From: an uncultured Gammaproteobacteria bacterium
GTDB taxonomy: Bacteria > Patescibacteriota > Microgenomatia > UBA12405
NCBI GenBank assembly: GCA_964396145.1
Contig: CAYNEE010000002.1
Location: forward strand, 1 to 59,943
Reading direction: 5' to 3'
Length of the DNA: 59,943 nt
In this document: piece by piece, positions 55,691 through 59,943 of the stretch
Layout: each line of letters opens with the position of its first letter
Numbering within the stretch: the stretch's first letter is position 1
Notes under the pieces: generated by a model
The model's input: only the letters and a program-made list of their open reading frames with translations
Databases searched by the model: none
What the model was told of the DNA's origin: nothing
Made by a program: the position numbers and the translations under genes

Positions 55691-56754
55691 TTACCAATAA
55701 CTAATTTTCTAACATCGCCAATCGTTACTAACAAAATTAGCGCCAGCAAGATTACCATTCCGATATTATTAACCATAATCTCAAACTTTTCGTTAGCTCT
55801 CTTTCTGGCAATCAATTCATAAAGCACAAAAATGATTCTTCCTCCGTCCAAAGCCGGAAAAGGTAAAATATTTACAATCGCCAAATTAACCGAAATAATT
55901 CCAAAAAAGTGAATTACCGCCCAAATCCCCTGCCCGCTTCTAATTGCCGAGGTCGCCTTGTACATTCCTAAAGGTCCGGCCACATCTTTTGGCACCTCAC
56001 CTCTAAACAACCCAGTTATCATCTGTCCCAAACCTCCAGCTATCAATTTACCCCAATAAATTGCCTCCTTAAAACCAGCTCCAATCCCTTTGTAAAACTC
56101 AAACCATTTTATTTTTTTGATTTCTACACTTGACACCACTACTCCCATTAATCCCTGTCCTTCCGGCGCACTTTCTCTGATTTCAACCTCTACCAACCGG
56201 TCCCGACCAATCCCTTCTTCAATCATTAATTCAATTTTTTCACCTTTATGCTCGCCCACTTTTGTGGTTAAATCCTCACCTTTTGCCAGTTCTATATTTG
56301 CAAACTTTTTAATCACCTGATCTTTTTTCAAACCAGCTTTTTCCGCCGGACTGTCAGCCACTACTTCAAGTATCTTCACTCTTCCACTCTCCTCTGGAAT
56401 TCCGGTTACTGTATAGCTGATAGAAAAAATCAACACCGCGAACACCACATTCATCAATACCCCTCCCAAAACAATCAGCATCTTTTGCCAGGGATTTTTA
56501 GTTAAAAATGATTCTTTTGACTTTTTTACTTTTTTTTCGGAAGAATCCTCACCATAAAGTTTACAAAACCCACCGATAGGAAGCCAATTTAGACTCCATA
56601 TTGTCCCCCACTTTTTTTTGCCTATAATCCGTGGTGGCAACCCTAGTCCAAATTCTTCTACTTTTACTCCGCTTAATTTCGCTGCTAAAAAATGACCAAA
56701 TTCATGAACTAAAACCAAAACCGATAAGGCAATCACAAAAATCAAAATATCCAT
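55687..56754 (-). CDS. rseP: Site-2 (M50) zinc metalloprotease RseP/RasP type with a PDZ domain
   Basis: HEFGHFLAAK (HExxH), a PDZ segment, and NILPFPALDGGR. Confidence 0.85.
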   Translation of the reverse strand: MDILIFVIALSVLVLVHEFGHFLAAKLSGVKVEEFGLGLPPRIIGKKKWGTIWSLNWLPIGGFCKLYGEDSSEKKVKKSKESFLTKNPWQKMLIVLGGVLMNVVFAVLIFSISYTVTGIPEESGRVKILEVVADSPAEKAGLKKDQVIKKFANIELAKGEDLTTKVGEHKGEKIELMIEEGIGRDRLVEVEIRESAPEGQGLMGVVVSSVEIKKIKWFEFYKGIGAGFKEAIYWGKLIAGGLGQMITGLFRGEVPKDVAGPLGMYKATSAIRSGQGIWAVIHFFGIISVNLAIVNILPFPALDGGRIIFVLYELIARKRANEKFEIMVNNIGMVILLALILLVTIGDVRKLVIGN

Positions 56755-56757
56755 AGC

Positions 56758-57309
56758 CTAAGCCCGAATCTCCTCTTCTTTTTTCTTTGCTATCTCTTCC
56801 ATTTTACTCATAAACTCATCAGTAGTTTTTTGCAACTCTGTTTCATCTCTTTTAAACTCATCCTCAGAAATAGTTTTGTCATTTTTAGCATCCATAATTT
56901 TTTTTCGAAAATCAGCTCTTGCATCCCTCAACATCCCTCGAGCCCCTTCAAGTTTTCGACCCAAGAGTTTTATATAATCTTCCCTCTGTTCTACTGTTAG
57001 CATCGGCAAACTCAATCTAATCAGTTCTCCGTCAACTACCGGCATCATCCCAATGTTAGCTGCTTGAATCCCATTATTGATCTCTCTTAATACTGTTTTG
57101 TCCCAGGGTTCAAACACCAAACTCCTAACATCCGGTACAGAAATAGATCCTAATTCCATTAGTCTCATTTTCTGACCGTTGTAAACCTCCACGATAACAT
57201 TTTCTATTAAAGCTGCTGTCGCTCTCCCGGTTCTAATCGAGGCAATGTCTTCAGAAAAAATTCCCAAAATTTTTTCCATTCTTTCTTTGACTTCTGCAAA
57301 ATTGATCAT
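56758..57309 (-). CDS. frr: Ribosome recycling factor
   Basis: 183 aa, with a length and sequence pattern typical of Frr. It lies downstream of tsf. Confidence 0.9.
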   Translation of the reverse strand: MINFAEVKERMEKILGIFSEDIASIRTGRATAALIENVIVEVYNGQKMRLMELGSISVPDVRSLVFEPWDKTVLREINNGIQAANIGMMPVVDGELIRLSLPMLTVEQREDYIKLLGRKLEGARGMLRDARADFRKKIMDAKNDKTISEDEFKRDETELQKTTDEFMSKMEEIAKKKEEEIRA

Positions 57310-57339
57310 GAACTATTTTAGCAAAAAATACCCGCCGAC

Positions 57340-57798
57340 TTATATTTCAAATCTTTCAAACCGCCCTAGTTTTATATTTTCTCCAAACTTAGAATTCAGC
57401 GCCACTACCAGATCGTTCATTTTTAGACTTGGATCTTTAACGAATTCCTGCTCCAAAAGCTCCTTGCTGTTTTTTGGGGACATGGCTGCAATTTGTAGAC
57501 AAAAATCCTTAGCTACTGCCATGAATTCCTCATTTTTAGCCACAAAATCAGTTTCGCATAGCAGCTCAACCATCACCCCTATTTTACCGGTACTATGAGT
57601 ATAAGTTGCCACCATCCCTTGGTGGGTTTCCTTTTCGGCTCGCTTTTCAGCCTTGGCAAAACCTTGTTTTTTCAAAATTTCTTTAGCCTTAGCTTCATCA
57701 CCATTAACTTCTTCCAAAGCCGCTTTTATTTCCATAATTCCTAGACCCGTTTCGGCTCTCATTTTTTTAACTAATTCGATTATTTTTTTATTATCCAT
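57340..57798 (-). CDS. tsf: Elongation factor Ts (short form)
   Basis: UBA-like N-terminus (LVKKMRAETGLGIMEIKAALEE) and the TDFVAKNEEF motif. It is only 152 aa. Confidence 0.8.
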   Translation of the reverse strand: MDNKKIIELVKKMRAETGLGIMEIKAALEEVNGDEAKAKEILKKQGFAKAEKRAEKETHQGMVATYTHSTGKIGVMVELLCETDFVAKNEEFMAVAKDFCLQIAAMSPKNSKELLEQEFVKDPSLKMNDLVVALNSKFGENIKLGRFERFEI

Positions 57799-57823
57799 TT
57801 TTTATTTACTAATAACTAATTAT

Positions 57824-58723
57824 CTATTTAACTCCTGCCGCCTTAATGGCTCTGCCAATTTCCTCCACTATTACGGTAATACTTTTAACATTGTCATCAT
57901 TGGTGGGAATTGGAAAATGGACTTTTTCCGGATTAGAATCTGTGTCCACCATAGCTACCACTTTCAGACCGGATTCTACTGCCTCTTTAACTGCAGTTTT
58001 TTCAAATCCAGCATCTACTACCACCAACACTTCAAAAAGTTTGTCCAATTTAGTTAAGCCACCCACCATTTTTTCCAGACGGGATTTTTCCTTGTTTAAA
58101 ATTGACAAATCTCTCTTACTGACCTGAGCATATTGGCCGCCTTCGCTTAAGCCAGCATTCAGGTCATTTAATTTTTTAATATTTTTCTTAATTTCATTCC
58201 AGTTTGAGATAGTCCCCCCAACCCAACGATCAGTAATATAGGGTACTCCGGCATCCAAAGCCACCCTTCTCACCACTTCCTTGGCCTGTCTTTTAGTTCC
58301 TAAAAGTGCAATTTGTTTGCCATTTCTTTTGGCGTTATATACAAAATTACAAGCTTTTTCCAGGGTCTCAAAACTTTTATTCAAATCAAATAGCTGTATC
58401 CCCTCTCTAGCCTGAAATAAATATTCTTTAATTTTAGGATTGGTTTTAGATACTTTATGGCCGAGGTGACTACCAGCCTTAAGCAAATCCTGGACCTCAA
58501 TCGTCAGATTATACTTTTTATCTTCTTTTTTAACTTTTTGCTTATTGTCTGGTTTATCATTTCCAACCTCTAGTTTCTCAATTTTATTTTCTATTTTCTT
58601 TTTCAGTTTTTCGTTTGACTCTTTAATCCTGTTTTTATCAGTATTTTTAGCTTTTTTAGCCTTAACTACCAATGCTTTTTTAACGAGGCTCTTGCCTGTT
58701 CTGTTGACTGTTTTTGTTTTCAT
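57824..58723 (-). CDS. rpsB: Ribosomal protein S2 with a ~75-aa Lys-rich N-terminal extension
   Basis: The S2 core LLKAGSHLGHKVSKTNPKIKEYLF begins about 80 residues into the ORF. No in-frame ATG lies nearer to the core. Confidence 0.85.
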   Translation of the reverse strand: MKTKTVNRTGKSLVKKALVVKAKKAKNTDKNRIKESNEKLKKKIENKIEKLEVGNDKPDNKQKVKKEDKKYNLTIEVQDLLKAGSHLGHKVSKTNPKIKEYLFQAREGIQLFDLNKSFETLEKACNFVYNAKRNGKQIALLGTKRQAKEVVRRVALDAGVPYITDRWVGGTISNWNEIKKNIKKLNDLNAGLSEGGQYAQVSKRDLSILNKEKSRLEKMVGGLTKLDKLFEVLVVVDAGFEKTAVKEAVESGLKVVAMVDTDSNPEKVHFPIPTNDDNVKSITVIVEEIGRAIKAAGVK

Positions 58724-58857
58724 AGTTTTTATTGTATCTTGCCGTAGTTCAGCGAATGATTAATGAGCTGAACGAAGGCAGATTGCTTTTAGGGTATTTT
58801 TTAACCCAAAACTAACTTTTAATCCTCAAATTATACCATACCACTTAAAGCATCTTT

Positions 58858-58913
58858 ACACGTTTCGCCCGTAACCATGGGTCTCATCAGCCCCGCAGTG
58901 GCGGGGGACGTGC
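58858..58913 (-). ncRNA. Hammerhead ribozyme, type III topology (stem III open)
   Basis: The minus strand reads GCACGUC-CCCCGC-CACU-GCGGGG-CUGAUGA-GACCC-AUGGUUAC-GGGC-GAA-ACGUGU. It has the GUC cleavage site, the CUGAUGA and GAA cores, a closed 6-bp stem I, a closed stem II with the G10.1:C11.1 pair, and a 6-bp stem III. Confidence 0.75.
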
Positions 58914-58914
58914 T

Positions 58915-58965
58915 GATCCGGGAGGAAATTTCTTAGCTTAAGCTAAAATTTTTCCTCTCCGGATC
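58915..58965 (-). other. 51-nt near-perfect RNA hairpin immediately 5' of the hammerhead
   Basis: GATCCGG(A)GAGGAAA...TTTCCTCCCGGATC forms the outer stem (14 bp with one bulge). An inner TTAGC-TTAA-GCTAA stem follows. There is no U-tract after it. Confidence 0.7.
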
Positions 58966-59020
58966 TGTTCCAGAATTAACTCATGGAACTATTTCGGTAT
59001 TCTCTTTCCCAAATTGGCCT

Positions 59021-59943
59021 CTAGGGTAGCCACTCGGGTTTAGAAGGTAACGACATTAAATGTCCAGCTTGATTGTTTGGATCTTTTACAAACCAAGCCA
59101 AGGCATATCTAAACGTTTTATCGTAATTAGTATCTGTTTTGTCCAGAAGCCAATACCGATCAACCATAAAATATGCCGCTTCTACATCGTTTTGTCCGAT
59201 TTCCATCTTAATTATCTCGCCGAGTTTCTCATCTTTGAGAGTATAAAGCACTGGTATCGAACAAGCCGGGCCATGATAATCACCACCTGCTGTTGAAGGT
59301 ATTCCCCATTTACTTACATTTTGAATGAACTCCTTATAAGTTAAATTATCCGGAGCATCATCAGTAACCCAATACCATTTATGGTAATGAGGCCACATTC
59401 GGATGTAAGTCAGTGAGTATTTTCCCTGAACATTGTCATTGACATTATTAGTGTTATACACCTGATTATTGGCCACTATCCGGGTACTTTTATTCATACA
59501 AGCAACCACTAAATAGGTACTGCCAACAGGTGCTTCACAACCACCGCCTTCAGCCGGTCGACATTGTTCCGCTCCAGTGACCATGGCTATACATTGACCA
59601 TCTTCAGGAACATCTTCCCGTCGAGCACCTTCGCAAGAATTCTCCTCACAAACTGCCTTCAAATCCACGGGTGTCTTTGTTGGTTGTGGTGTTGGAGTTG
59701 GAACTTGCGGAGTCGGTGTCGGAGGCGTAGGAGTCGAGGGTGTTGGAGTTGGCGGAGTCGGTGTCGGAGGCGTAGGAGTCGAGGGTGTTGGAGTAATATT
59801 CCGACTTTCAGTTTCCGTTGTCTCTGAACAGACTTGTTGGTTGTACTTGTCTTTGACAGTAACTGTTCGAGTGCGGATTTCCTTTGACGAATCGCTGGGA
59901 TCTACACTCCAGGCTGACCATTCACCATAGAAGGTTTCTGTGT
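59021..59943 (-). CDS. Surface protein, partial (N-terminus beyond the right window edge), with a Pro/Thr tandem-repeat linker and a Cys-containing C-terminal domain
   Basis: The frame stays open upstream of the track's internal Met at 59668, through PTPTPSTPTPPTPTP repeats to the window end. Confidence 0.7.
   Translation of the reverse strand, partial: TETFYGEWSAWSVDPSDSSKEIRTRTVTVKDKYNQQVCSETTETESRNITPTPSTPTPPTPTPPTPTPSTPTPPTPTPQVPTPTPQPTKTPVDLKAVCEENSCEGARREDVPEDGQCIAMVTGAEQCRPAEGGGCEAPVGSTYLVVACMNKSTRIVANNQVYNTNNVNDNVQGKYSLTYIRMWPHYHKWYWVTDDAPDNLTYKEFIQNVSKWGIPSTAGGDYHGPACSIPVLYTLKDEKLGEIIKMEIGQNDVEAAYFMVDRYWLLDKTDTNYDKTFRYALAWFVKDPNNQAGHLMSLPSKPEWLP
59707..59794. repeat. 45-bp tandem repeat (about 2 units) encoding the PT-rich linker
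   Basis: gcggagtcggtgtcggaggcgtaggagtcgagggtgttggagttg at 59707-59751 is repeated from 59752. Confidence 0.85.

Overview
AT-rich, very gene-dense ~60-kb chromosomal segment. Its content looks like a Patescibacteria/CPR-type genome, but that is an inference: miniaturised housekeeping proteins, 1-4 nt start/stop overlaps, a type IV pilus locus with no secretin or pilMNO in the window, and many Cys-rich or Pro/Thr-rich surface proteins. TGA is used as a stop, so the standard code applies.

Layout:
- 1-12984 (minus strand): one type IV pilus super-operon, pilB-pilT-pilC, major pilin, terminator, pilD, eight further prepilin-type genes, then three surface-protein genes. The last of these (1-1380) is missing from the supplied ORF track.
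- 13007-29860 (mostly plus strand): holB-like gene, a DUF559 nuclease gene bracketed by inverted repeats, Fic, ligA, pth, tRNA-Ala, a MacAB-like ABC exporter, ferredoxin, a DsbA-like protein, a SpoU methyltransferase, gyrB and gyrA.
- 30054-37724 (minus strand): a xerC-like recombinase flanked by unusually long ORF-free DNA, yebC, a LytR_C protein, a RluA-type synthase, mini-lspA, a dksA-like gene, an lgt-like gene, tRNA-Leu and dnaB.
- 37731-41979: two surface proteins, tRNA-His, hisS, rpmE and a domain-1-less RF1.
- 41965-58723 (mostly minus strand): an S41 protease, rpsF-ssb-rpsR, cysS, dnaX-ybaB-recR, a ybeY-like gene, yqeY, rpsU, a five-gene cohesin/dockerin/LPXTG surface cluster, a divergent GH-A glycosidase, rseP and rpsB-tsf-frr.
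- 59021 to the window end: a partial surface-protein gene.

No rRNA, CRISPR array, transposase or phage genes were seen.

Most notable observations:
1. A complete type III hammerhead ribozyme motif in the spacer upstream of rpsB.
2. A cohesin-LPXTG anchor with three dockerin-bearing proteins. Their knottin-like C-C-CC-C-C modules recur at the C-terminus of a type IV pilin and in the unlisted ORF at the left edge.
3. A ~40-nt G-rich hairpin repeat family. Two inverted copies bracket the DUF559 gene and solo copies occur elsewhere, one of them in frame inside ligA.
4. A strongly over-represented TAGGGGAGT motif (extended form AGCAGRGTAGGGGAGT).
5. dnaB apparently initiating at ATT behind a perfect Shine-Dalgarno sequence.
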